Shown here piece by piece: positions 13,601 to 26,424 of a DNA stretch of 64,000 bases. Source of the DNA: Perna viridis (taxonomy: Eukaryota). The notes beneath the pieces are model-generated. The model did not search any database, was not told the origin of the DNA, and saw only the letters and a list, made by a program, of their open reading frames with translations. The translations under genes and the position numbers were made by a program. Each line of letters begins with the position of its first letter. Positions within the stretch are counted from its first letter, which is position 1. Location: assembly GCA_037379345.1 (NCBI GenBank), contig CM074512.1:11036001-11100000 (forward strand). The letters are read 5' to 3'.

Positions 13601-16600
13601 CCTGTCATGTCATCTATGTTAATGTAAGCACTGGTTTGGAAGTTTTGTCTTTGACCTCTATGATTTAATGACATTCTTCCGGACTGTAATATTCTGAAAG
13701 GAGATTTTAGAGTCATTTCAACGGAGGCATCGTTCTCAAAGTCTATATTCATCATCATTTCTCCACTCTCAGTCCCGAGGCTGCATTTGAATGTAGACGC
13801 AAATCTATTCCAGTTTCCTGTAGTTTCCATTGATGCGGTCAGGTCTTGGGTATATTTTGATCTGAAAGACAACTCTCCTTTCATTGTTGGTTGTTTCGTT
13901 AGTGTTAGTTTTCCATTTACTAATGTCTCTCTTCCATACATGGCTACAATTTGACTTTCATGAGAAATCTCGTCCTGTAAAAATGAAACTTTTATAGGCC
14001 TGTAATTTGGTGTGACAACCGTTAATTTTCCTTCAACTGGACCAAGTGTTGTAAAAGATACATCTATTTGGCTTCTACTCTTTTGGTACAAGGTTTCGAA
14101 TCTTGAGACAAAGTTGTTTGAAGTTCCAGAATGGGACAATTTAGCAGTCATATCTTCCATTGTCTTAAAAGGTGTCTTTACATTGACTGAAGCTTGTAGT
14201 CCAGATTCTAAATTGAGGGAAGTTACAAGGCTAATTGTATTTGAATCTGAATAGGTGATTGTACCTTTTGTCTCTAAGGTCAATTTGTCTGCAATATGGC
14301 TTAGCTGTGCCTTCAAATTACGGTAACCTCTGAAAGGGGTTTGAAGACTACCAGATACATGGACTGGAGACGATTTAAATAGAAGATCACCAATAATAGT
14401 ATCCTTATTCTTTGACATTTCAATATGGCATTTGAAATCTTCAATCTTTCCATCGTGAGTGATTAAAGCCTTTATAGCTTCGTAGCCTTTATGTGGTGTC
14501 CTGATGATCATTTCTGCTGAAACAATTGGGTTCAATTTTGATTTAATATTTGCTGTCCAAATATTTTTACCGACTTTAACTTCTGTTTGGCATTTGAAAT
14601 TTCTAACATCCCCTTCATGAGATATGCGGCTTGATATCTTTCTAAGATTTCTGAATGGTGTTGAAATTGATATTTCAATGTCAAGGTTTTTCACAAAGTT
14701 GAAAGACAGTTCGCCGTCAATTTCTTGCTTCTTTCCCCATTCAGCTTTTGTCTTTGTTCTAAAATTTGATAATCCACCTTTATGAGAGACAGAAAAGGCA
14801 ATATCATCCATCCATGGAGATGACAGCTTAATGGATCCTTTTATTCTTTTTCCAGATGTTCCATCGAAATCAAGTTTTATAGGTTTCCTTTGACCGTAGT
14901 TTATCATTGCAGCAGATTTTAAATCTTTCTTATTCCTTAAGTGCGAGAAGGAGGCAGATATGTCATTCATTGACGGTGATTTAATGTCAATCGACCCCTG
15001 AATCTTCTTCCCATTTGTGAATTTTACATCCAAAGAGTGTTTTTCTTTTTTAGTTAGCTGTAACTCTGCTCCAGATGAGAAACGTTCCCACGACCCTTTA
15101 TGACCTATTCGTAAAAAAATAGGATCGTCGTCAGGAAGGTTCAACTTTGCACTTATACTGTGATCATTTTGGAATTCAGTTTTCAGTTCGGACGAATAAA
15201 CTATTCCCTTTGGGTACTCAATCTTTAGTTTTGTAATATAGCCCTCTGTAGTCGCCTTGTTCGATGCAGATGCGGTAAAACGTCTAAGCCGTTCAAATGG
15301 TGTCACAATGCTGAGGTCAGCATCTAATGTCTTGTCAACCAACAAAATCCTTGAAGTAAATCCAATCACTCTTCTGGGAAGGTATTCAAGCTTAATGTCT
15401 GTCCTTGTCTTTTCATTCTCTGGTCGGTTGGAAAAAGTAATTTCACTATAGGGTATTTGATGGAAAGGTGATTCAAGTCGAACATTTCCAGAAATCCCAC
15501 CTATTCTGTTCAGGGTTGACATAATCCTTATGTTTCCGAAAAAAGGCTGCATTTCAATGGAAGCTGAAGAAGTCATAGACTTTATGTCACCTTTAAATTC
15601 TATTTCGGTGTTAAAACGTTTGAAGCTTTCTGAAGGTGTTGAGACAGTTAGCGAAACGTATTTTGTGATGCCAGTCTTTAATTTTCCCTCAGTTGCCATG
15701 ATCTCTCTGTCATGATACAAAAAGCGACCAGTCGCTATCAACTCCCCATCTTGAGTTTTCAGGTGAGACTCCGTTGTGAAAACATTTTTACTGTCTTTAC
15801 TCATTGTTACAATTGTATCCAAACTTCCATAGCTGTGTGAGTGACTCACTGATATTTGCCCAGCTGAAGATGGTGTTAATCCTTTCACAGTGTATTTAGC
15901 AAAAGCTTCTCTCCATTTCAGATTGTGCCTTCCTTTGACTTCTGCATTATAAATGTTCTTGTTCAAGTTGAGACTAATGACTGATGACATGTCATTAAGA
16001 GTGTTTTTGTGTTCCCATTTTGCAATGTATTGCCTCTTCCTTATACCGATTAAAACATTTCCACTTTGTTGAACCATAAGACCTGCTCTGTCGTGTGTCA
16101 ATCGTCCTTCGTAATTGTATTTTTTGCCATTGAGATCAAGTGATAAGCTGTTTTTCATGGTGTTGTCCTTGTGCTGGTGGCTTACGGCAACAGAGACACT
16201 TCTTACAGAAGGAATATTAGACTTCACTCCCAGATGACCTCGGTATACATCGTTTTCCTTCTTAGCAGATCCATGAAATTGTATTGACTTTTCAGCGGTC
16301 TGAATTTTCACAAGAGATTTTATCTCGTTTGTAACATCATGGGATAATTCTAAAGAAGTTGATTGGAAACTCTTAAATGGAGTTTTCAGGTTCATTGTTG
16401 CATGTATACTGTGAAAACTTATTGGTCTTTGTAAAACCAGCATATATGAAACCCGGTTGTCAGGTTTCCAACTGACTTCAAAGTTAGTTTCATACTGGCT
16501 AGTTGCTGAGACATGATCGAGGTCGATTTTTACATATTGCAATGGTTTGTATACTGAATTGACAGTCAAGCTGCATTGTGTCTTTTCGTTCTTCTGTATA

Positions 16601-19600
16601 AAAGAACCATCAAGAGAAAGTTGTTTTGCACCATTGGTCACCAGATCAAAATGGGCGCTATCGACGTTTCTGTTCATGTCCATCTTACTGTTTTGAAAAG
16701 GTGTCTTAATTCTCATAAAAGCACTTAAATCTTTCTTGCTCCTGACATCTACTTGGGTATCAATAAGGACTTGTTTAGACTTGTCATTGCTTACATCCCA
16801 TTGAATATCAAACAAACTGAAGTAAGATGAACCTTTTTTCTTGGCTTCTACGTGCCCTTTGACACGTCTAGATGGAACGGTGAAATCTCCAGATAGTCGT
16901 AGGAGTACAGATTTTTTATATTGAGTGTTTATTTCTGCTAGGTAGTCATTGTTCAGTTGTGAGCGAATTCTGAAGTTTCTTGGGTCAAGACTGATCATTC
17001 CTTCAACATGAACGGGATCCCTGCCGTCCATTTTGACGTCAGTACTGACGTCATATTCGTCGTTTCCAATTTTCATTTCACTTACAATCTTACTTTTATG
17101 ACCAGCAATGATTGCAGTTAATTCGTTGCTGTACCGTTTGTTATTTTTCTGTTCCATGTTATTACTAATAGAAAAGTCTTTTTCATTCCATTTTAAATTA
17201 GCTTCTCCGATATAGGACAAGAGTTTTCTTGACTTGTCTTTTAGTTTTAATGTTGCAGATGCTGATTTCTTTTTACCATAGACGACTCCTATATTGCTTT
17301 CAAGATTTTTAGGAGTGTGTCTGTGACCACCTTTGATCTTAAGATCTACTCCCTACAAAATGAATTGACACATTTTACTTTGCAGATCACGATGAAAAAT
17401 TTAAGCCAATTACCAGATTCCTTTTAACTTTTCCATTTAATATTGAAATATTAAAAGTAACTAAGATTGCCTAATCGGGAGATTAGTTGCGATGAAATAT
17501 TTTATTGATGACGTTTAGTCAATTCTTTGATTCTTTTCTCAACTTTTTCCGAAAAAAAAGCTCGAATAAAACATTTTCTTATGTATACTGTTTGTGAATA
17601 TTACACTCAATCAATTACCATAGCCAAGTGTTTAATATCAGCAGTGACGTCCAGGTCTGATTTCTTCCATCCAAGTTCATGACGTACTAAAGATGACACA
17701 ATAATTCTCTTATTTTCATCTTTTTTCTTTGCTCCGTATTTCAGATCAAAGTCGACTTTAGAAAGTCTTCCTTTGTTACTCATATCGGTTGAAAAAGACA
17801 CGTCATAGTCACTGTTCCTTTTGAATGTGATTTGTCTATAATAATATAGTAAGTTACAGTTAGTCCTAGTAATTAGGTTCTTACACTGGTTTCTACAGAA
17901 TATTCGTTTTAAAAGAATGGTAAAAATGTATGAAAGGGTTTTTAACGGTGGGGACGGCTGGGGTACAATGGATCGAATGGAAACTCGATAAATGTAGGCA
18001 GGGAAAATCTAAACATTTAAAAAAAATGTTTACAAGTATTAGAACATTTTGATTTGACAGTAGTGGGTTTGTTGAGCGACAACGAATAGGATGTGTTTCA
18101 TTTTCTATGTTAAATACTAATATTAACAATTGAAACCAATGTACTTACTTCCTAAAGTATGACAAATAATTAAGGTGGCATATATATGTCTGCCGCAAAA
18201 AAAAACAGTCATTTATGGAAAAGTCAAATATTGTAACTTAGTATTGAAATTATGAAGGTCATATAAAATATACTTAGAAGAAACATGACCACTTAGTACC
18301 TGAGAGTAATTTTAAATAGACAAACTTAAGAGATTTTTTACTTACCCATTCCCGTTTACTGACCAGACACTTTTGGTAAACCGGTAGCTAACTTTACTGT
18401 TGCCAGTGATTCTGTCTCGGCTGACCTTAGGAATAACGTAGTCCATGTTTACTCTCGAAATCAATGAGGACTTCTGGAGAACGAAGTTTGTATTGCCTTT
18501 CAGTCTAAGCACCGGAGTAGTAACATCCACTTTAGACTGGTACCTTGTACCAGACTTTTTCACAGATCTGACAATTTTTGCTGTAATAAAGGTATGTTGT
18601 TTTTAACATTGAATCCAGATATCTTTGATTTTGTTGGTTGTCTAAGCGGATCCATTCTACAAGTTAAGATTACAAAGGGCAAGTATAAAAGAAGAGTCCC
18701 ACTCTTTAACATTACCTTTAGGAAGAGTAATCAAGGGAACCAAGGTTCTAGTGGTAATCAAAAGAATGTAATCGAGGGACAAAGACCAGACATGAAAAAC
18801 AGACATACACAACAAAAAACATAATGTAACTAAAATGATACATACAAAGTAGCAAAAGCAAATGAGCAACTCGGACTCCACTAAAAATATTGAATTTTAA
18901 TTTTAGGAAGTGAATTTTAATATTGTTTTTGTTTTCATTATTCCACAGCAATATTAAATTAAAAATTTAATCGTAGTTAAATCATAATCTAAAATACTTA
19001 ATCTTTAAGAAATATATTTAAAAAATATATAAAATTATTTGTCTTAACTTACTATATAGTTTGATTTTCTGATCTAAGAGTCTGTCTACAATAAGATCAA
19101 CTAAGATCAGCGATCCAGTTTTGTATTCCAAAGATCCTCCAAATGCTACCTTTTCTTCTTTTGGGGTTCGTACAGAAAGGAATGGCATGAATTTTATGGC
19201 TTTTTTGGTTTGTGTTTTCTGATACCTGGTTTCGAAACTGTAGTCTTTCCCGGGTTCAAAAGAGATAGAAGTCTTAATCGACTGCATTGCCTTCTTTGAA
19301 ATCAGGCTCACTGAAATATCAAATATAAACATGGGAAACTGACGGAGATATTACTTTACTACTAGGTAGTGTGAATTAAAGTTTGTGTTGTCATATTATG
19401 TCTATTTAATTTTATACTGTTTATTGTGAAGGGTTATTCAATTGGCACTTTTCTGCTTGCAGTAACATTTAAATGGGAAAAGAACTATATGATTCCCTTT
19501 ACTTCTGTCCGTCAAATTATCAATCTTACAATTTTACCTTTAGTGTGGATTGGTTGTTTAGATAAACCACTTAGGGTAATCTCGCCATCAAAGTTTTTAC

Positions 19601-22600
19601 CAGCAACAAATTCCACCTTACTACTGAGTTTAATGTTCTCCGTGTTAGGTACAATAATTTCTACATATGGATTGTATGTGAATAGTTGTCCTTTCCTGGA
19701 TTTAATCCATTCCCCAGTGATGGAATATTCGTTTTCGTTGTCAATTACGATTCTTCCAGTCAGTTGCTTCTGTTTACCATCACCTACAAGGGCCCCTGTG
19801 AAATAAACNNNNNNNNNNNNNNNNNNNNNNNNNNNNNNNNNNNNNNNNNNNNNNNNNNNNNNNNNNNNNNNNNNNNNNNNNNNNNNNNNNNNNNNNNNNN
19901 NNNNNNNNNNNNNNNNNNNNNNNNNNNNNNNNNNNNNNNCTTTGTTGAATAAAGAGTTGTATTATTAAATAAGATCAAGTACAATAATATAAATTTGAAT
20001 TTTCAAGCTTAAGTGTAAAATATTCGGCAGTTTTTTTCTGTACCTCTAACCGAAGCTTGTTTCCATGGTGATATTAATGTGACTTCAATTACTGGATCTG
20101 GTCTAAACAAAACATCAAAAATCATCTGACGATTGACCTTCGTAGATCTTGGTGTGTTGAAAGCTGCTCTGATTCTTGATTCACCTTTTGACTAAAATAA
20201 AACAATATAAATAATGTTTGATTAAATACTAGTTAACAAAGTCAAATATTCTAATTTAAATGTGATAGTTTGATTTTATTAAAATGGTAACAAGAGACTA
20301 TTTTATCGTAAAAAATATGAATACATGAGTCTACCTTGACAAGTTTGTATTCCAAGTTATAGCTGGTGTGAGTGTCACGTTTATGGAGAGTTATCCCGGC
20401 ATTGATTGGTCCAGTCAATGGGAAGTATGGCGCGTCAGCTTTTAGTGAAGCATTAGGATATTGAATTTCAGCACATAGTTCAAGTCCTGTTATCTTGGAA
20501 AGTTTGTCACCTGAACAGACTTTCTTTGTCTGCCTATTCTTTGTTATCATTTTCTGTTCTCGCTCCACTTCGCGATTAACAGTGAAAAAAGCAGTTCTGT
20601 AAAGTAAATAAAAGATACAAAGACAGACGAATAAAATCCATAGAATATTGTATTATATCGGCGTTAATGCACCAAACATGGAAATATAATTCCTGAGCAC
20701 TAAACAAAACAATAAAAGTCATCTTCATCTTATGATAATATTACTTCAATACAATTGGAAATCAAAAGATATTTTTAGAAAGTTTCAGTGATAACATACT
20801 TGACGTTAAAAACTTCAACTTTGTCGAAAGGTGTTTTCAGCTGTCCACTTAGGATTTTTCCCTCATGCAATTCAATCTGTCCTTCAACTGAAGAAACGGA
20901 GTGCATTGTTGAAACCATTTTCATTCCACTTTTAGTGACGAAGGCATCAATACTCATCATGCTGTTGATTTGGACAGAACCACTAGAATATAAAATATTG
21001 ACCACCATTTATTGTTTTGATACTATACTGGAACATATGTTTTACGGTTAATATAGCTGTTGAATGGTGCATAGTAAAGTTGAATTTCAAGTTCGATTCA
21101 ATTAAAAACTCTAGTGACATATCACATAACCTTTGAAAGGAAAATAATTTTGTCTAATTTATTAACTTTGCCTTAATAGAGATGCATACTTGACTCCTTA
21201 CCTTGGTTTCAATGACCCTTCAATAGACAGACTTGGTGTCTTGGTTGTCAGTCTGCGGATGTCGAATTTACCAGATGCCGTTAGATCAATAGTAGCTGAT
21301 CCTTCAATTGTCAAATTGAGTGGTAGACCAGCAATAGTTGGAATGATCATACTACTGTCCATAAACATGAAGTTCTGTGTAAAAGTATAGTCCTTCCTGT
21401 TGGCTAGAGCATTAACAATGTCCATAATATTAATAGATTTTCCATTCGTTATGTCATCAAGTCCGGCCAGTCTGGTGTACATTAGTTCATTTCCAAATAC
21501 TCTCAAGTAGATTTCCCCCTTTAATGCATCCATTTCAGAACCATACTACAACAAATTTATTACAGACATATCATATGGGACTAAAATTGAAATTTCAAAA
21601 TAATAAAATGCATTTAAGATAAGGAATATAAAAATCAAAATATCAGTCACTTTTACATTGTTATGTTTTTAATATATCTAAATAATTGACGCATTTTTAT
21701 GATAGGTAGAAAGAAAAGATACAATGATACCTGTTTATTAATAGATTCCATTTTTCTGTCGCTTATTCCGCGAATTGACTGCTTTGAAACGTCCTTCATA
21801 TCGTCTGACCGGAAGTTTCCATTTGGTCCGAAGTAGGATTCTAAGAAGTACTCTAAACCTTCAATTCGTCCACCTATCTCTAGAAGATTGACTGAGTGTC
21901 CGAAGAGGTCAAAAGTTATGTTTGTCATGGCAGATCTTGGCAAGAATGACTTTGAAGACCAGATTACATTACTATCAATAGACGCCCCTGCATTAAGCTT
22001 TTCCAAAAACAAGGAACCTTCATAATTTCTGGAATATTTCAGTTTTTCTAGATCAAAATGCTTCTTAAGTTCCCTGTCATTAATTATGCGTTTGATTTCC
22101 TGTTTGAGGGGATTAGAGGTCTCTGCCAGATTAGTAAGATGTGACCATACAAAAGATCCGACTTGGTTCACCTCTTCTCTTTCCAACAGATATCGGACTC
22201 TAGAAAGTACAATGTCGGACGGACATTTCATGATAGCAAGGTAAGCAGCAATTCTTAGCTCAGAGTCTTCATCTCTGTTTCTAACCAACGCCATAATGTC
22301 ATCACGCTGTAAAATAACAAAGTTCTCTTAATCGTTAAGATAACGTGATCATATAGAAAAATTGTGAACCACATAACCTTCTAGCTGTAAAATTAAATTA
22401 ACACACTTTTAATATGGGATTAAAACTGAAGTTTCTTTTATCAAAATAATAAAATGCATTTAAGATAAAAATCAAAATACCAAATACTTCTACAGTTTTT
22501 ATGTAATGATTTTTTACATATATCTAAATAATTGACCTGGTCTGGACCAAGTCCCTGGATTACAATTATTTGATTTACGCTTGAATCTTGGTTCCCTTTA

Positions 22601-25600
22601 GTAATCTTTAGACTATACAATTACCAGTTTGTTGACCATTTAACACTTAGCAAGTATTTCTTTTTTTTATACTTACCTCGACAGAACATGGCATACGCCT
22701 GAAAGCTTGGATGGCTGCTAAACGAATCTCCGTTGGATTGTCTTTCCTCGACATGCACTTGGTAATTGAGCTGACAGCGTTCTGGACATAACCAGCATTA
22801 CCAAGGGATTTCAGACTCATAAGAACCTGTAATTGTAAATGCAAGAGTACATTATAATTGGCAATAGAAGTAGAGATTATAGTACTTGAAAAATTCACGG
22901 AAAATGCCATCTTCCCAATGTCAGGGCTGCTGTGTCCACTTGTGTTCGTTGGAATGTTACATTGAGAGGATAGAAAAGTGCAAGTGTTCAGAACTTGAGT
23001 GAATAATTCCTTTTTAATATTACAATACAAATCATTGTCGTAATTTATTGTTTACCTTGTTGGTGTTGTCTTTGTCAACATAGCATCCAACTCCGATTTT
23101 ATTTTCAATAGCAGAGACCATTGATACAATGTCAATGTCATTCTCGCAAGATTCCCTTCTACAGTAGGAATGGATAAGTGACGATATACCAAGCATCGCC
23201 TTGTCGTTACCTTCAGATGACAAAAGAGGCTGAAAATGTAAAGATAATGGTTATTATGATACACGAGAATACGAGAATACCGTATTCCATAATGCTTTGT
23301 TAAATTAGGTGGATATCAAACTTTTGCATTCTGAGCAACTTCAATGATTATATTCACATTAATTTAGCTTTAATTTTAAGAATCTATTTAGATGAACATT
23401 TGATTACTTACTTTGACTTCAATGAGCATGTCTTTGGTGGGATCTTTGATGAATGCCAGTGTTGTTAACCACATGTTAGCTTCAATTCCTGTCACTTCCT
23501 TATTCCCAATAAGTGTTGCGATCATTCTCAGTGACGCTTGTGTTCCTAACATTGGGATGGCGTCCAGGAAAAATTTCCTTTAAAGTTAACAAAACATAAT
23601 CAATCCACTTTCCGCAATAACAACAGATTGAGATGTTGTTTAAAAATTCAAACAAATAGGCAAGCTTACTAATATAGTTGTTCAATGTACAGTTCTAGTC
23701 ACCATATCTATCCTGTTTAATACTTACTCTACTCTTTTCTGGTTCGATTTACAGAAACTAGCCCCCTTGACGATTCTGAATACTTGTTCTAGATCAGTAC
23801 TGTCTAATGCCTTCATCAGTCGTACCAGGCTTACAAATAGTTTTGGTGTATCTGGCTTCACACTGTCGGAAGTCGATGAACAGACCTCTCTCAATTGTCT
23901 GATGACGTCATCTTTACTTCCTCTATTCCCATTCGAATGAGCAAATATCAGAGGTTGGCGTTCTTCAATAGGAACTGTCAAGAAAAAAAATAAAAATATT
24001 CAGTCAGCTTTTTCTTTTGGAAATACCGATTTATCGCATTACTTTCTTTTGTGAATGTGGTTCAAAATAAAACTAAAAAGGAAGTTTAGAATGATACAGC
24101 AGCCATATTCTACTGTAATTTACCTTGATCGGCTGAAGATGATCGCTCAGTCAAGTATTTCAATGTCTGGGTCGTTTTTGTGACAGCACCGCTTGAGTCA
24201 CGTGAGAATGGTCTTAACACATGCTCCTCTACACATACACTAGTCTGTATGATGCCTGCTTTACTTATGTCCTGTGTACATTCATGGCTACCTTTCACCA
24301 GAGGCAACGACTGGATTTCCTGTTGAATAAAATCAATCATTTGTATCTTTGATTTTACTTTAAAAAAAAAACGTTTTGATTGTTTTATTCGTTTAAATAT
24401 ATTCTAGTGCTTGAAATACATTAATTTTAATGAGCAGAATTGAAGAAATTAAACAATTCAATTAAAAAAAAATGTTTATTATACCACCAAGTGATCAAAG
24501 ATGAACAAGATCAGATACGTAAAGCACTTACAGATTGGACCCTGTAAGGAGTGCCTTGCATCAGAGTGTTGTAGCCGTTTCTTTTCACACAACCAAGAAG
24601 GTTTTTACTCTTCTTGATAGTTGTGGTGTACCATCCATTATTGACCAGTTTGTATTCGGCACTACATTCTCCAGCAACGTCGGTCTGAAAACACCAAACA
24701 TCAATTAATAATACAATCTGCACTGTGAAACAAGTTTAAACAGTCATCCAATTAACATAAGTCCTGAAATAATTAGTCCTACGATCAAGCGGTGACTTAG
24801 GCATAACTGATGAATGTCTTTTCACTTTCTATCTCTGTAAACCTTTCTCATGAGTAAAATTACTGAAGTCTGTGATAAATGAGGTTACTGAAAGATTTCA
24901 TTTCATACCATTTCTTTATTAATACTGGACATTCAATTTAAAATAAATCTAAGAATCATCTGATGCTATAAACATTACGCCATTCAATAAGGTTATAACA
25001 TATATAAACTTTGGTATTTGACCCACCTCCATTATGGTTTGGTCTGTTTTGAGATCATCCATGGAGTTCTGGAGAGCCGACAGGATACCACGCTTGACGT
25101 TGAGTACCCATGTCTTCTCTTGCTTAGAGGTACAAAGTTCAGCCACTACACCATCTTGAAATGAAAACGCCAGGGGTAATGCTTCAAGACTCCTCTTGAA
25201 TTCACCAGTTGAATCGGCGTCAATTTGGTTTTTTGGTGCATTCTGGTCGGTCTCATGTAGACGAACATCTTTGAGCTAATAAACCAAAAGGAATATAATT
25301 CTATACTGGGCAAGAATAGAATGTTTGCGCATTTGTATTATTCTTTAAAGAAATTGATATTTTAAATTCATTTTAGTACAAAGTTAAAACGGTGACCAAG
25401 GCAGATAATTCTGGAAACTTATCTTTTTGTTCCGCCTTCTTTCGACGTTTCAAGCTATGAAACTTTACATTTGACTGTGTAGAATAGTGTAGATTGAATA
25501 TAAAAAAGACTATTAATGGTTGTTAATTTACTTAATCAACAAATCATTCCCCTAAGTTGAGCGCTATTATTTACCCTCATGCTGAATTCACATTTAGACA

Positions 25601-26355
25601 AAACGTTGATGTTGACTTTAGTTGTCAGTTTGAATCCGGCTTTGTCCTCGGCTGCCCCTTGCATTGTAGTGTCAATGTCAGCAGTGTAGTCATATTCGTA
25701 GGTCGTTCCTGGTTTGTATCCAAATTTCTGTGTTCCTGTTTTTTACCAAACAAATTCCTTGACAAGTCATTCGGTTTCGTTTATTAAGCGACGAGGGGAC
25801 ACAAATCATTCAGAAAAGTGTTTGAAGGTTAATGGTTTTGTTCTAAGTAATAATTATTATTATTGTTATTGTAATCATTTTTTATCATTTCTCTTGTTAA
25901 AATATAAACGAGTCATCATTTATCGTTATACGTTACCTACCTGTACAACGTGTTGAGCATCTTTCTGAGTTAATAATAGGTCCTAAAATTATACAAAATT
26001 AAATGAATTTTCTTTGATTATTTAGCTGTATTCACAATTTTTACTTCTGAAGAAAAAATAGCGTATCCCGTTACAACAAAAACAAATATGGTAATACACT
26101 ACAAAATATTTTATGAATATGTTAGTGCAACCTCTCCATTTTCGGGGACTTAACACTTTCATTTTGTATTGTTAAAATAAAATATTGTCATAAAACAAAT
26201 ACACGACACAACACGACAACATAATGGGTTGCATTATAGTGGCAAAACAATTACTTTCTAACCGCACTTTTGTGAGTAACTGATACCTAGAAAAACAACT
26301 TACCCGCCAATGTTGAAAACACAAAAGTCAATAACAATAAAAATTTGAGCTCCAT
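3932..26355 (-). CDS. Large lipid transfer protein (apolipophorin/apoB-like lipoprotein precursor), copy 1; 30 coding exons, about 4,970 aa
   Basis: Hand-built GT-AG exons, all phases compatible: 26355-26304, 25982-25941, 25735-25575, 25275-25027, 24684-24532, 24319-24124, 23974-23728, 23577-23412, 23229-23056, 22826-22677, 22306-21731, 21545-21202, 20982-20800, 20596-20335, 20191-20044, 19795-19538, 19310-19053, 18580-18346, 17835-17619, 17352-8620, 8361-8029, 7716-7554, 7370-7186, 6981-6731, 6553-6460, 6180-6093, 5886-5696, 5397-5076, 4640-4441, 4222-3932 (sum 14,922 nt including stop). Signal peptide MELKFLLLLTFVFSTLAG. LLTP motifs YKPGTTYEYDY, WVLNVKRGILSALQ, ETDVAGEC, LKSLGNAG, ELRIAAYLAIMKC, NQVGSFVWSHL, FLPRSA, NLLEIGGRIEGLE. 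C-terminal VWD. Confidence 0.9.
8620..17352 (-). CDS. Giant internal exon 20 of copy 1 (8,733 nt, 2,911 codons): amphipathic beta-strand repeat region
   Basis: Acceptor ttttgtag|GGA at 17352 and donor GAG|gtatgg at 8620; phase 0-0; contains the 2,882-aa track ORF. Alternating hydrophobic/polar residues and recurring (L/I)x(T/S)PF and HxGxLxxF motifs. Confidence 0.92.
18725..18887 (-). mobile_element. 3'-terminal fragment of the Penelope-like element in an LLTP intron (also at about 58945-59107)
   Basis: Near-identical to the reverse complement of 1181-1343 (tttttagtggagtccgagttgctcat...cttggttcccttgattactc). Confidence 0.8.
19809..19939. other. Run of 131 N inside LLTP intron 15 (copy 1)
   Basis: Seen directly in the sequence. 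Confidence 0.95.
21202..26355 (-). CDS. Exons 1-12 of copy 1: signal peptide plus Vitellogenin_N (LPD_N) lipid-binding module and start of the following beta-sheet region
   Basis: Family-diagnostic motifs WVLNVKRGILSALQ (exon 4), TDVAGECSAEY (exon 5), FLDAIPMLGT (exon 8), LKSLGNAG/EIRLAAIQAFRR (exon 10), NQVGSFVWSHL and FLPRSA (exon 11), YLRVFGNEL and PTIAGLPLNL (exon 12). Confidence 0.9.
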
Positions 26356-26384
26356 AATGGAGCCTGGTAGTTATGTTGCTCGCA

Positions 26385-26424
26385 GTTTTCTGAAGATGAC
26401 TGTGGATACTGGTCGATTTATATA
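26385..26424 (-). promoter_or_regulatory. Candidate core promoter of LLTP copy 1 (TATA box plus Inr-like site)
   Basis: Minus-strand TATATAAA at 26424-26417, about 60 nt upstream of the ATG; TCATCTT/TCAGAA Inr-like sequences about 27-33 nt downstream of it. Confidence 0.6.

Noticed and set aside
8884-15715. Short + strand ORFs inside the giant exon (and at 49104-55935)
   Set aside because: Antisense shadows of a long coding exon with no recognisable motifs.
8572-17220. 2,882-aa ORF as a stand-alone intronless or horizontally acquired gene
   Set aside because: The track start is a TTG, the frame stays open to a splice acceptor at 17352, and phases join it to the flanking LLTP exons.
24807-24830. 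CTGATGA cores as possible hammerhead ribozymes (also about 33378 and 42701)
   Set aside because: No stem II followed by GAAA and no closing stems.
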